Assembly (NCBI GenBank): GCA_951406725.2
Contig: OX597817.1
Coordinates: 164,238,001-164,302,000 of the forward strand
Direction of reading: 5' to 3'
From: Octopus vulgaris
Lineage: Eukaryota
DNA length: 64,000 nt
Below the pieces are notes generated by a model. That model searched no databases and was not told where the DNA came from. It saw only the letters and a program-made list of their open reading frames with translations. A program made the position numbers and the translations under genes. Positions 49,661 through 63,150 of the stretch are shown here, piece after piece; position 1 is the stretch's first letter; every line of letters begins with the position of its first letter.

Positions 49661-51480
49661 TTAAAAGAAGCAAGTTGAAAAACAGTCAATAAATATTTCT
49701 AATATAAAAATTACACAGATATTACTGGTTTGTGAAATGAAAGTTTATTTGTTGAAATACAGAAAGCAGATCTGGTAAAAGTGGAAAACTTATATATAAA
49801 TTGCTTTTAATCATCACACAATTTTGGAATGTAATAGAATTCTATAAAAGTGAAATATTTGCACAATCCTACACATATGTGTACAATACAAATTAAGATC
49901 CATACAACCAGCTGTTGCTATAGATCTTCCATATCACATCTATTTCAATAAAATTTATTCATAAAAATTGATAAGCAGTTTAAAAAAAAATATCCACGAT
50001 ATATCTGAGGGAAAGTACCTCAAGGAAACATTCTGCAAACTAAATACTCATATAGTAGGGACTTACCTATGTAATATAGTAATTATTTTAATAAATTTTA
50101 ATGGGATTATGTATGCAATTAATAGATTAAGAATCCTTCATGGGGTGGGGGAGTGCCTACATTCTAACAATATGAAACAAGGAAAATAAATCCATCAACA
50201 GCACTAACAGAAGATTTTGGAAAATAAAGTCGATGCAGAGGGGAATGAATTCTTTTGTCTTTAAAGTGAATTGCTGTTTTAATCTTAGAGCTCCCCAGTA
50301 AAATATATTCTACTCAGTTTGCAAAACAAACATGATCAGATCAATAAAAGTATAACCAATAATAATAATAATCTTTTCTACTATAGGCACAAGGCCTGAA
50401 ATTTTGGGGAGGGGTATAAGTTGATTACATCGACCCCCCAGTACTCAACTGGTACTTATTTTATTGACCCTGAAAGGATGACAAGCAAAGCCAACCTTGG
50501 CGGAATTTGAACTCAATAACAACAACAGCAGCAACAACAATAATAATAATGATGATGATAATAATTAATAATAATAATAATGACTTCTTTTACTTACCAC
50601 CAGGGCAAATAATAACAATAAAATCTCTCTCAAAAAATATCACTATGTATTGATTGTTCAAAGTCACAAGTATACATGTATACATGTCTATAAATCAGAT
50701 GCTAATTAGTATCGTCATCTTCATCATTATAGTTTTTGCTATTGAATAAAAATAATTGACATTTGTAAAAATTATGAAATATATTTAGGATTTGTTATAA
50801 CCAAATAAGAATTGGACAGATTATATTTTGGTGTTCTGAGTAACTTCAGAACACTTGTAGCATTGTTAATCTTTTAATACACACACACACACACACTGTT
50901 TTATTTATATATTTGATTTTGATTTTTTTTAGTGTAATTATTGTTTCTTTTCACCATATGTGCCTATAAATTATTCCTAGAATGTTAATTACTGAACTGT
51001 ATAATCTAGCAAATAATAATTGGAGTTAAATAATCACTGTCAACTGCAGATAGCAATGTTAATTATCTGATTGCTTAGTTTAATCATGAAAACATCATTA
51101 AAATTTATATAAATTCACATATGTGTACATACATAAATGAATACACTTATATTCACTCACAGACAAATGAACACACACATATGTATGTATGTATGTATGT
51201 ATGCCTGCCTGCATATATATAAGTATACACAGACATACCTAAACATATGTAAAGATATTATAAACAAATAATTTCACACTACATCCTCCTGTCTTGTAGC
51301 CAACAAACCTGTAACATGGACTTATGTGTGTTATAACACAAATTTTTTTCCCGAACATCTGTTTTGGGGTATAATAGAACATATAGTGTTCTAACTTAAT
51401 AGTTATATGTCATGTGCTTTTTTATAGGTACTTTATAAAACATTATATATATGTGTGTGAATACATATACCCACACAATA

Positions 51481-51521
<41 letters not shown>

Positions 51522-51834
51522 GCATAAAATTTAACAAATTTGAATATGCATACAAAGTAACATACATACAAACTAGCATACATATGCACATAAAACTAAT
51601 TTTCATACGAAGTCTATCTATTATTGGTTAATTTATTGGAATATTTTTAATTTTCCACTACCTTTCTTTTCTATATAATTAAACTATGACTACTGTTTTA
51701 TTTATTTTCACAACATTCACTTTTATCAAAATATATCTCTGAAGTCTTCACCAATTTTTCAATTATCAGCATGATTTAAAATATTTCCTGTTATCAAAGA
51801 AATATCACAAAGTACTAACAAAAACAATTGCCAC

Positions 51835-52272
51835 ATCACAATCACCTGTTCACCTGTTCACATAATAATCACCTGTTCACATGTTCACATAATAATCACC
51901 TGTTCACATGTTCACATAATAATCACCTGTTCACATGTTCACATAATAATTACTTGTTCATATGTTCACATAATAGTTACTTGTTCATATGTTCACATAA
52001 TAATCACCTGTTCACATAACAATCACCTGTTCACATGCTCACATAACAGTCACCTGTTCACATAATAATCATCTGTTCATATGTTCACTTAATTATCACC
52101 TGTTCACATAATAATCACCTGTTCACATAACAATTAGCTGTTCACAGGTTTACGTAATAATCACCTGTTCACATGTTCACATAATAATCACCTGTTCACA
52201 TAGTCACATAATAATCACATGTTCACAAAATAATCACCTGTTCACATAATAATCACCTGTTCACATGTTCAC
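51835..52272. repeat. Minisatellite with 19/27-bp units
   Basis: Repeated tcacataataatcacctgt(tcacatgt). Confidence 0.92.
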
Positions 52273-55083
52273 AGCATCATCTTTGTTTTCCAGGCATGCA
52301 GCATCCATGCAATGTATTACACATCATGTCCTATGTATATATCCTATATTACATTTGTCAAATATTTCATGCAAACAGAATTTTAGTATCAAATACCTAA
52401 ATATTTCAATGTTCTCATTTACCTTAAAATAAAATATTTAATGGCAATCAGGGATCAATCTGACTGAGACACAGTGTTTGTATAATTAATAAAATATCAT
52501 AATTCTAAAGATGTGGTCAACAGTCAAGAAAATTATGATCTTACAGTTAAAGCATTTATCTTCTATATGACATACAGTCAATTATTCTATACCCTACACA
52601 ACTCTTACATGGCAAGTTTTCATCACTTTGGCTACCATCATTTCTTATCTTATGTAACAGTCAAATTATATATCTGAATTGAATAATCAGTAAACTACAA
52701 GAGTTAAGGCAACACTACTATGCATTGGTGACAATGATACACAACAGTAGTTCTCACTTTTCTTCTTTTTTTGGGCAATATAATTATATAAATAACATCC
52801 AAGTGAAATGACAATGATGAACTATTAATAAAAAAGGAAACAAAGAGAAAAACCATCATAAAAATCATAAAAAGAAAACAAACAAATAACAATAGCTAGT
52901 TAGAGAAACAATATTGTCTGTCTACATGAAACCTACTCTAAATAGTTCACAACACTAATGACATTGAATACTCACTCATAAAACTGATAATTAATGAATT
53001 TGAATGGGAAAAAAATTAAAGTGAGGAATTCATCAGAAGAACATACAGGATACATGTTTGCTGAGTTTTGATTGTTCATATAATACAACTGAATATATAA
53101 TTATTTGTTATATCTGAAAAAAAAAAAATTATGGGGGGTCAATAAACTCTTTTTTTCTTCTCATATACAATTTAATACTGGCTGCTTCCCACCATCTCCC
53201 TTTTCTTCTAATTATGTCATTTTGGTGTCTGGAAACAAAATTGATTATGCACATACACTGAAAAGTACATGCATGATTGAATTGATGATATATAATTTTT
53301 TTGATTCTCAAAATTTCTTTATAGATTCAATTAATATTGTTGTTTGTATATATTTTGTAAGGAGGTAAGTTATATGTAGTAGAGGTACATAATTTCCTTG
53401 TAAGCTATGTCTAATTAGATTTCAATTCACAGTTGGTGATATTTCACTTCATTTATATTACCAATGTCCTTTGGAAAAGGCATTCATGGTTCAACATCGC
53501 AACTCAACATACACAGACACTGCTTCGCTTCTGTATTGATATGAATAGTATTTCCTGGATTTGATAGAGGAAAATGATTCCTCAATCAAGTATATAATTT
53601 TAATTTGGTCATGAGTATTATCACAGAATTATATAAGTTTTCCAGTGGAGAGATCAAGTTGATACAGTTAAATATAGTATACTACTAGTACATATTTTAT
53701 TGATTGTAGAGAAATTAATGGCAGTCTCTCTACTCTTATGGCCTTCTCCATCATTTAGATGCTTAAAATTAGGAATTTTCTAAAAAATACCTGGCATATT
53801 GTAGTGAAAAGAAGAACAAAATTTATAGCGTTTATACCTTTACCAAAGGTATTAAAGATATAAGGAAGCAGTTCCAACAAGAAAACAATTTAATTTACTG
53901 AGAATTACTCATTCCCACCACAAAAATTTAAAATAATAATTTACTATTGACTAGGCACAAAGATTTTAAATGTTGCAGACCATGAATTTAATTTAATCCT
54001 GCCGTCATAAAAGTTAATGTTTACCTAGCTTCAGTTTCAAGTTCCTTACAAAAATTTAAACTCAAAACTGAATGGAGACAAATTTAGATACTGCAATGCA
54101 TATGAATTAATACCTCCTACATAGGGATTTACAATACTCAAAAGTTTCATTTAAATAATGTCAATTTGAAATCTACTGACATTTTGACTTGAGGTATATT
54201 TGTGTTAAATCTTCCCTGTTATCTCAAAAGACAGGAAATATTCATTCTCAATATTTCAGATACATCATCATTTCACACATAATGAAAAATAATAGTTGTT
54301 GTCCAGAACCAACAGACTTATAATCAAAGGCGTTTTAGCCAAGACCATCACATTTTTTTTTATTCAGGCAGTGTATCTAAGACTACATTATCCAATGTGT
54401 CCTTTTTAAGATGATAGAGTGTGACTTAAGAGAGATTAGCTGATATTTCTTGCAGATCAAAAGAATATATAGAGGCTATCTTATTAACTCACATGATTAC
54501 AGTTCTTAGATAAATGATTTATGATACTTTATAAAACTAAATATCAACAACTAACCTCAAACAATTCTTTTTACAATGTAAAATATTCAGGATTTTTGTT
54601 TAAAGATATAGGAAAGAAATTATGAGAACAGCACAGCAACAAATACCTCAGCTAATATATTAATATTATAATATAATTCAATCTGTGTAGTCTTTAACAA
54701 TCATGGTATTTAGAAATTGTAAGAAACAAAATGGTAAGAAAAATTACCCAAAAATACATCCATCAAAAACTGATCTAAGTGATCTATAGCACCAAAAACA
54801 CTGGTATAACACCTTTACATATTCAGCAAATGTGATTCTATGTTTAAGTAAAATACTTCAACAACAACAGAATGGCAACAACAGACAGAAGTAAATGTAT
54901 ACATACTGAGATTATAGAAGTGCTACTGTAGTATAATCTGGTTATACTCATTGAAATAACAGTAATGATACCATATAACTCTGACTCAAGTGCAGAAACA
55001 ACAAACCTTCTATGCTGTGGAGATCATGGAGATCAGAAAGAAGCATATTATAATAAATTCTGTCTTTGGTCTTTAAGAAGATT

Positions 55084-55185
55084 TCATTTATCTTTCAACA
55101 AGTCAATCTCAGCTCTCTTACGAATCTCTTCAAAAGTGAAATCTTTCAATAATTTCCCATTTTCAAAGACAGTCACAAGAATGTC
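55084..55185 (-). CDS. NAMPT: NAMPT last coding exon
   Basis: DILVTVFENGKLLKDFTFEEIRKRAEIDLLKDK* resembles human [27 protein letters not shown]; aacag acceptor, phase 0. Confidence 0.93.
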   Translation of the reverse strand, partial: DILVTVFENGKLLKDFTFEEIRKRAEIDLLKDK

Positions 55186-56499
55186 CTGTTGTAATAGCAA
55201 ACAAACAAAAAATTAATAAATAATAAATAAAATTATATAAATTATATAGAAATAGTAATTTTTCTTAAATGAAATAAAACATTACTCTGCCTCATTATAC
55301 CATGGGCTTCCATGATGATAAAATCACACAACATTATAACAAAACTCTCTAAATCCATAGTTCTCAACCATTTTTTGATCTATGGACCCCTTTCATTGCT
55401 ATTTTATTCTGGTGGACTCCAATAGCCATTCAGTGTTTAAAAACTAGTTTTATAGATACTACTTTCAAAATTCCTATCTTGTTTTTCACACATTACCTTG
55501 TGTAGGTTTTCACAAACACTCTCTGAGAGAATGTTTCAGTGACCATAAAGATATTAAACTATGTGTAACATTAGAGAAAGAAACTTAGTTATTTCTTGCT
55601 CTAAATATTTAATAATCAAAATTTTTCATGAACCCTTAAAATACAACTGTGGATCCCCAGTTTACTATTTTGCTTGTGTGGACCCTCAAAAATTTTATAT
55701 GGACCTCTGGTTGAGAACCACTGGTTTAAAGGCCCACCTCTGTCTAAAACTCCACCTCTTACACAGAGATTGTACTTCAATGAAAAATGCAGTCATGTAG
55801 GTGACTGGAGAGTCACAAATGTTCTTGCTTAGACTGGCCCTTTTGTGCTCCCATGAGCTAGAAAACTATGGAAATGGAGTATTTCGTTGTGGCAGGTTTT
55901 TTTTAAATTCTTTTACTTGTTTCAGCCATTTGACTGCGGTCATGCTGAAGCTCCACCTCAAAGCGTTTTAGTTGAAAAAATCGACCCCAGAACCTCTTAT
56001 TTGTTCTATCATTCTCTTTTGCCGAACCGCTAAGTTATGGGGACATAAACAAACCAGCATCAGTTGTCAAGCAATAGCGGTGGGGAGACAAACGCGCACA
56101 CACACACACACACACATACACATATGACAGGCTTCTTTCAGTTTCCGTCGATCAAATCCACTCACAAGGCTTTGGTCGGCCTGAGGCTATAGTAGAAGAC
56201 ACTTGCCCAAGGTGCCATACAGTGGGACTGAACCTGGAACCACGTGGGTGGGAAGTAAGCTTCTTACCACACAGCCGTGCCTGTGCCTATGTGCACGATG
56301 CCCCAATAAAAAATCTGCTGACTGAGGTTTTGATTTTTTTTTTTTTTTGTTTATAAAAAGAGAAAAAATGTGGGGAGAGGTGGCACAAAAACTGTATAGC
56401 AACAGACACTTATGCAATACAAGTGCCACTTTTTTAATGACTAAAGCCATTCAACTGACAACAAGCAGAAAATGATGGTCCATGACTATAAACATCACA

Positions 56500-57176
56500 G
56501 GTTGCCAGCCTCGCCTGGCACCTGTGCTGGTGGCATGTAAAAAGCACCCAGTATACTCACGGAGTGGTTGGCATTAGGAAGGGCATCCAACTGTAGAAAC
56601 ACTGCCAGATCAGACTGGAGCCTGGTGCAGCCTCCTGGCTTCCCAGACCCCGGTCGAACCGTCCAACCCATGCTAGCATGGAAAGCAGACGTTAAACGAT
56701 GATGATGATGATGATGTTTCTAATAAGAGAATCTTTCATCCGTAAGCATTTATTTACATACACATATAATTATACAGACATATACCTGGTCTGGTGGTAC
56801 GTAAAAAGCACTATCCGACTCGTGGCCGATGCCAGCACCGCCTCGACTGGCTTCCGTGCCGGTGGCACATAAAATACACCAATCTGACCGTGGCCGTTGC
56901 CAGCCCCGCCTGGCACCTGTGCAGGTGGCACGTAAAAAGCACCCACTACACTCACGGAGTGGTTGGCGTTAGGAAGGGCATCCAGCTGTAGAAACATTGC
57001 CAGATTAGACTGGAGCCTGGTGCAGCCTTCTGGCTTCCCAGACCCCGGTCGAACCGTCCAACCCATGCTAGCATGGAAAGCAGACGTTAAACGATGATGA
57101 TGATGATGATGTTTCTAATAAGAGAATCTTTCATCCGTAAGCATTTATTTACATACACATATAATTATACAGACAT
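56500..57176 (+). mobile_element. Two tandem RTE 3' tails with a duplicated downstream flank
   Basis: 56635-56781 equals 57030-57176; 56785-57030 closely matches the young LINE 3' end. Confidence 0.85.
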
Positions 57177-57399
57177 CTACCAACATATATATTATAAGAT
57201 TGATGACTGTCTTAAGTTCATTTGTCTTAGTTAGGTTTCGTTTTTCATACTCCTGGCTGTCTAAAAGTTATCCTACAGACCATGCAAACTAGGCAGGGTT
57301 GCTAGTTTAGTCACTGACAGCTCAATCGAGCACAGGTTGTACTAATGGATTCCATAGTCACTAGCAGCATGTCTCTGGTTACCTCTGACATGACATAAG

Positions 57400-58012
57400 T
57401 ATATACACACATATACATGAATTCATGTATGCATACATCATTGAAACATATGCACACACATGAACACTTATATATGTACACACACATACAAACATACATA
57501 CACACATACATACACATGCACACACACATACATTCATACACACATACATTCATACACACACATACATATATACATTCATACATACATACATACATACACA
57601 CACATATATACAAACACATACATTCATACACACGCATACATACATACACGCACATACACGGACATGCATGCATGTGTACACACACACGCACGCACGCACG
57701 CACACACACACACACACACACACATACATACATACATACATACATACATACACACATACACGCACATACACGGACATGCATGCATGTGCACACACACACA
57801 CGCACATGCACGCACGCACGCACACACACACACACACATACATACATACATACATACATACATACATACATACATACATACATACATACACGCACATACA
57901 CGGACATGCATGCATGTGTACACACACACCACATGCACGCACGCACACACACACACACACACACACATACATACATACATACATACATACATACATACAT
58001 ACATACATACAT
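57400..58012. repeat. Compound microsatellite (CA)n/(CATA)n with higher-order units
   Basis: cacggacatgcatgcatgtg recurs three times among (CA)n and (CATA)n; explains the six-frame pseudo-ORFs. Confidence 0.95.
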
Positions 58013-58784
58013 GGGCAGGTATGCATAAAATCTAATAATAAAATATATTTACCAAAATTTATTCAGAAGTATTTGCAAACTTCTCACTAATATCTTAATC
58101 ATTTGAATTTTTTACATATAATTAAGCACTTGGTAAATTTTTTTTTCAAGTTCTATTTTTGAAATTTATGAATTTCCTTCAGAAGACTTGGCAAATTATT
58201 CCATTTCTTATCCATGGTTTTTACTATTGCTGTTTCTGCTGCTAATGCTATTTCTGTTGTTGCTATTATTACCTCTGTCAAAAGATGAGGACCATATTTC
58301 TCTGTTCATTGTACCCTATTCCTGTACATAACATCTGTTAAATCTCCCCTCACCCTACATTCTTTTTGTATCACTCAGATGTAGACTCAAGACAGACTTT
58401 TATTTCCACTGCTACACTATATAAAGAAAACATTCCCCTGAAGCAGTACCACGACACACATTTCTTCTGATATCTTCACCCTAGTTCTTTTCTTTTATCT
58501 TTTCTTTCACATGTTTCAGTCATGGGACAGTGGCCATGCCGGGACAATGCCTTGAAGGGTTCTAGCTAAATGAATTGACTGCAATACTCATTTCTTTAGG
58601 TGTGGTTATTATATCAATCTCTTTTGCCAAACTGCTAAGTTGCAGAGAGAGAGACATAAACAAGCCAACACCAGTGGCCAGGCAATGGTGGGAGACAAGC
58701 ACAAACGCAAATACACACACATTAATTGATGCATGCCAGCACACAAACACACACACACACACACACACACATACATGCGCGCGC

Positions 58785-58845
<61 letters not shown>

Positions 58846-59302
58846 ACTGAAAACCGAGAGGAGAGTGGAGATTTATTCCCATCCAAAACTTTTTTATTAA
58901 AAAGTTTTCTGCAGCAACTATAACAATGAACAACATATGTTTCTACTGCAGCAACTGCACATTGCTCCATATGCAATTATACATCCTAGTCACTGCAATT
59001 TCATCAAGGGTCCATCACTTACAACAATTTCAAAGTGAACTAATTCAAACAAGCTTCCTGCATTGATATTTAGTTGAAGGTGATAGCATTACTTTTCAAA
59101 TCGAATTGAACTCTGGTCTTATAATCACCTCTACTGGTATTACAGTTGAATCGTGGTTTTAAAATATCTGTTTTTATTACAATTAATTATAGCAATTTCA
59201 CATTTTATTGTATGGTGTACATTATTTATTCAGAGGTATTTCACCCATTTTGGGTTTACACCCTCAATCAATATATATATAATGTATACACACACACACA
59301 CA

Positions 59303-59333
<31 letters not shown>

Positions 59334-59419
59334 ATTAGAGACAAAACCACTATTTTGCAAAACAAACAAGGAAAGACTTAATCAATACATAAAATTTTAA
59401 TAAAAAGTCAAAAAAACCG

Positions 59420-59462
59420 CCACTACAATTGTTTCTTGTCCTGATCGACAATCTTCAGGTAG
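59420..59462 (-). ncRNA. Minimal type I hammerhead ribozyme (minus copy)
   Basis: Reverse complement of 59524-59566. Confidence 0.8.
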
Positions 59463-59523
59463 ACTTCCAATTTTCAAGTCAGTTTCAAATTTCATAATTT
59501 GAAACTGACTTGAAAATTGAAGT

Positions 59524-59566
59524 CTACCTGAAGATTGTCGATCAGGACAAGAAACAATTGTAGTGG
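59524..59566 (+). ncRNA. Minimal type I hammerhead ribozyme (plus copy)
   Basis: CUAC-CUGAAGA-UUGUC-gaucag-GACAA-GAAA-CAAUUG-UA-GUGG: complete core, 5-bp stem II, palindromic stem III, GUA cleavage triplet. Confidence 0.82.
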
Positions 59567-59738
59567 CGGTTTTTTTGACTTTTTATTAAAATTTTATGTA
59601 TTGATTAAGTCTTTCCTTGTTTGTTTTGCAAAATAGTGGTTTTGTCTCTAATAATATTATATAATATTTTACTATAAAATTGGATTTAATCCTAAATCTG
59701 ATTTTTTCCCTGTAAATTTGGATTTATTCCCTAATATT

Positions 59739-59776
<38 letters not shown>

Positions 59777-60240
59777 ATTTTTTTGAGGCCATTGCCAGTA
59801 CCGCCTGACTAGCCCTTGTGCTGGTGGCACATAAAAGCACCCACTACACTCTCGAAGTGGTTGGCATTAGGAAGGGCATCCAGCAGTAGAAACTCTGCCA
59901 GATCAAGATTAGAGCCTGGTGCAGCCATCTGGTTCACCAGTCCTCAGTCAAATTGTCCAACCCATGCTAGCATGGAAAGCAGACATTAAAAATGATGATG
60001 ATATATATATATATATATATACATATGTGACAAGCTTCTTTCAGTTTGTGTCAACCACATCTAGTTACAACCCTTTGGTTGGCCTGGCACCATAGTAGAA
60101 GATACTTGCTAGAGGTGCCTCACAAGGGAACTGAATCTGGAACCAAACCATATGGTTGGGAAGCAAACTTCTTACCACCCACCCATACCTGCTAGTTGAG
60201 AGTATTAGATTTGGTTTGATAAATTCACCGATGTACTTAC

Positions 60241-60363
60241 TTTATTAGTATCACCCTTTCCTCTTTGAACTGTCACGTACTGGTCGTCCTTGAGTTCAAG
60301 AGTCAATCGACCTTTTTTGCTTTTCTTCCCAGAATCAGTGATCGGCTGTTTGAAAACAGAAAC
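60241..60363 (-). CDS. NAMPT: NAMPT penultimate coding exon
   Basis: VSVFKQPITDSGKKSKKGRLTLELKDDQYVTVQRGKGDTNK resembles human [24 protein letters not shown]...GKGD; ttgcag acceptor, GTAAGT donor, phases 0/0; no upstream exon found in the window. Confidence 0.94.
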
Positions 60364-60770
60364 CTGCAAATGAAAATATTTTTGAAATAATACTTGAAAT
60401 AATGACCAACGGATAATCTTCAATAAGAGATTTACCAAGTAAATAATTTACAGTTTGGTAAATAAAAAAAAATTGAATAAATTCAAAATATCTTTTCCAA
60501 CAAAAGAAAACATTTCAAAATAAATCTGTAGCTAATATCTCGTAATATGCATGTATTTTCATAAAATCCCTACTCTTTTACACTTTTACTTACTTTAGTC
60601 ATTTGACTGCGACTATGCTGGAGCACCGCTTTTAGTTGAGCAAATCGACCCCAGGACTTATTCTTTGTAAGCTTAGTACTTATTCTATCAGTCCCTTTTG
60701 CCGAACCGCTAAGTTAAGGGATGTAAACACACCAGCATCGGTTGTCAAGCAATGTTGGGGGACAAACACA

Positions 60771-60818
<48 letters not shown>

Positions 60819-61376
60819 TATACATATATACAACAGGCTTCTTTTCAGTTTCTGTCTACCAAATCCATTCACAAGGCTTTGGTCAGTCTGAGGATATAGT
60901 AGAAGACACTTGCCCAAGGTGTCATGCAGTGGGACTGAACCTGGAACCATGTGGTTGGTAAGCAAGCTGCTTACCACACAGCCACTCCCTACTTCAATAT
61001 ATATATATATATAGTCACTGAAGAGGAGAATGATAGAGTGGAAATGTGAGTTTACATTTTTCACATATATTTAACTCTGAAACGCGTATACAGTTAATCA
61101 AAGCCAGGTGGATTCATTATTTTTTCTCTTTACCTGAATGGGTTATTGAGTATTGCTGTCTGGGAGATTTTCTTATGGCAGTGAAAGAGTTAGTTTTAAC
61201 TGCTATTTCTAAATTTTGGTATGTGGTGAAGCAAATTTTTGCTGAACCCTAATTATAATTATACTCATAATTATAAAATTTTTGTTTAAGTTTATCGATA
61301 ATGGTTCTTTTAACATACTGAACTACTTGGTACAATTATTAATTATTAATTAATTAATTTTGCCCTTTATTAGTAT

Positions 61377-61469
<93 letters not shown>

Positions 61470-61749
61470 ACTGCGTGTGTATCGTTGGCGATTTTTTCCT
61501 CCGTCTTCCCTTCCTTGGATCTTTCCTTTTCTTATCTTTCTGACGAAGAGCTCCACTCAAAACGTTAAATCCTCCTTCTTTCCTTCTTTCCTGAGCGTCC
61601 AATAACACTATACTTGTTCCACATCCTCCCGTTGTTGTGTTTTCTCTGTGTTTTCATGTTTGGATTAACTATATATATATGCTCATTATTATTATTGCTA
61701 AAACAATCCCTCTCTCTCTCTCTCTCCTTCTTCCCCTCCCTCTCTCCTC

Positions 61750-63150
61750 CATCAGTGGCATCATAATGAAAGGTGGATCTGAAGAGATTGTAGAGATGCT
61801 ACAGCAGAAGCAAGAAGATGTGTGCCTATTTATAAGAGAAAAGTGAAGATGAGCCTCGGCCAGACTCTTCAAGAGTGAGGAACACAGGTAAAAATTATTC
61901 TGAGTATTGCAGTTGATGGAATAGGCATATTGTTGACAGAGAAATTTATAGATAAAGTAATTGAGGTTACCAGAGGGTGCAGTAGAATAATTAAGTTTAA
62001 ACTGGTCTGTAGACAGAATGGCAACAGTATTTATCTGTACATATACATCACAATAGATAAAGGCTGGCAGACAAATAGAAGGATTGCTTTTATGCTACCC
62101 TCCTGCTTACTGCCTTGATAACAAATAACAATGACTTCATTGCCATGGCTGGTGACTTTAAATCCTTTTGTTACCATTTTCTGTTAAAATACGCTGCCTT
62201 TGTTATAATTAATTTTGAATATGATAATGAATTTATTAAAATAGCTTTGTCGTTATTAAATTGGCATTTTTATTTTTTTTTACTTGTTTCAGTCATCTGA
62301 CTGTGGCCATGCTGGAGCACTGCCATATATTTGGAACATAAATTAACATGAAATTTTGATGGACAGTTTTAATTTAGAACACTTTAAAAAAGAAACAAGG
62401 GTGATTTGGGGTAGTTTGTATCAAAAGGATTAATGATGGCTTATCCATGCATGGAGGCTATGGATATGATATAAGGACTAAGAGATCAGGGTTCATGAAA
62501 GTTCTGTGATGTAAATGACTGAACCATCTTCAACTTCAGGTAGCTAGCTAATCTCCTAGTCACTTACCAACCAGGCAAATATTCCAGTCAAATAGAATTC
62601 ATGCTTATCAGAAAATAGAAAAGACTGGCAGCTAGGAATACTAAGTATTTCCCTTGTGAAGAATCTACCACTTAATATAAACTAGTGATTTGTAGTAAAA
62701 GCTCAAAAGACTTAGAGGCGTAAGTTAATCTGGAAAAAGAAGATATGAAACCTGAAAGACTCTGCAACAAGTTGTAGATTCAAAGAAGTAATAAATTGAT
62801 GTAAATGATGATATGGAGGAGAATATAGAGATTTATAGCAAAGAGTGTTTCTCTGATATAATTTGTTGTGGCTAATGCAATGTTCTAAGATACAGGCCTG
62901 GAAAGATATGGGCAAGAGTGTATGAAATGATAGTGGCACACTTAATCTCACTGACAACAGAAAGAAAGAGCTATAGGGAATATTACAAGAGAAGAGAATG
63001 CATGATAGAGAGAGAGGAGGGACTTGCTCTTAGCACAGCCAACAAAGGGATCAATCACAGATGTTGACAGCTAAATGATGGAAAGCACAATTTAGGGGAT
63101 TAAGGCAGGGAAAGCAGTTTCTTGCAAAGTAGGTCACATACTAATCATTT
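61750..63150 (+). mobile_element. Highly degenerate RTE LINE (APE region), interrupted by MITE and SINE pieces
   Basis: MKGGSEEIVEML, EKFIDKVIEV.R and AGDF peptides colinear with the APE domain at 23130 onwards. Confidence 0.7.

Larger units (their letters stand above)
59323..59743. mobile_element. Penelope-derived non-autonomous element with an inverted 5' arm (169-bp palindrome)
   Basis: Arms 59323-59491 and 59496-59663 with a 4-nt loop; each arm carries a hammerhead; 3' tail also found at about 27260-27380; flanked by (TA)n. Confidence 0.75.

Noticed and set aside
51828-52272. CRISPR-like array or repeat protein (HNNHLFTCS)n
   Set aside because: No unique spacers and a eukaryotic context; it is a simple minisatellite
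57311-58976. Long ORFs rich in His/Thr or Cys/Val/Met
   Set aside because: Translations of (CA)n and (CATA)n microsatellites
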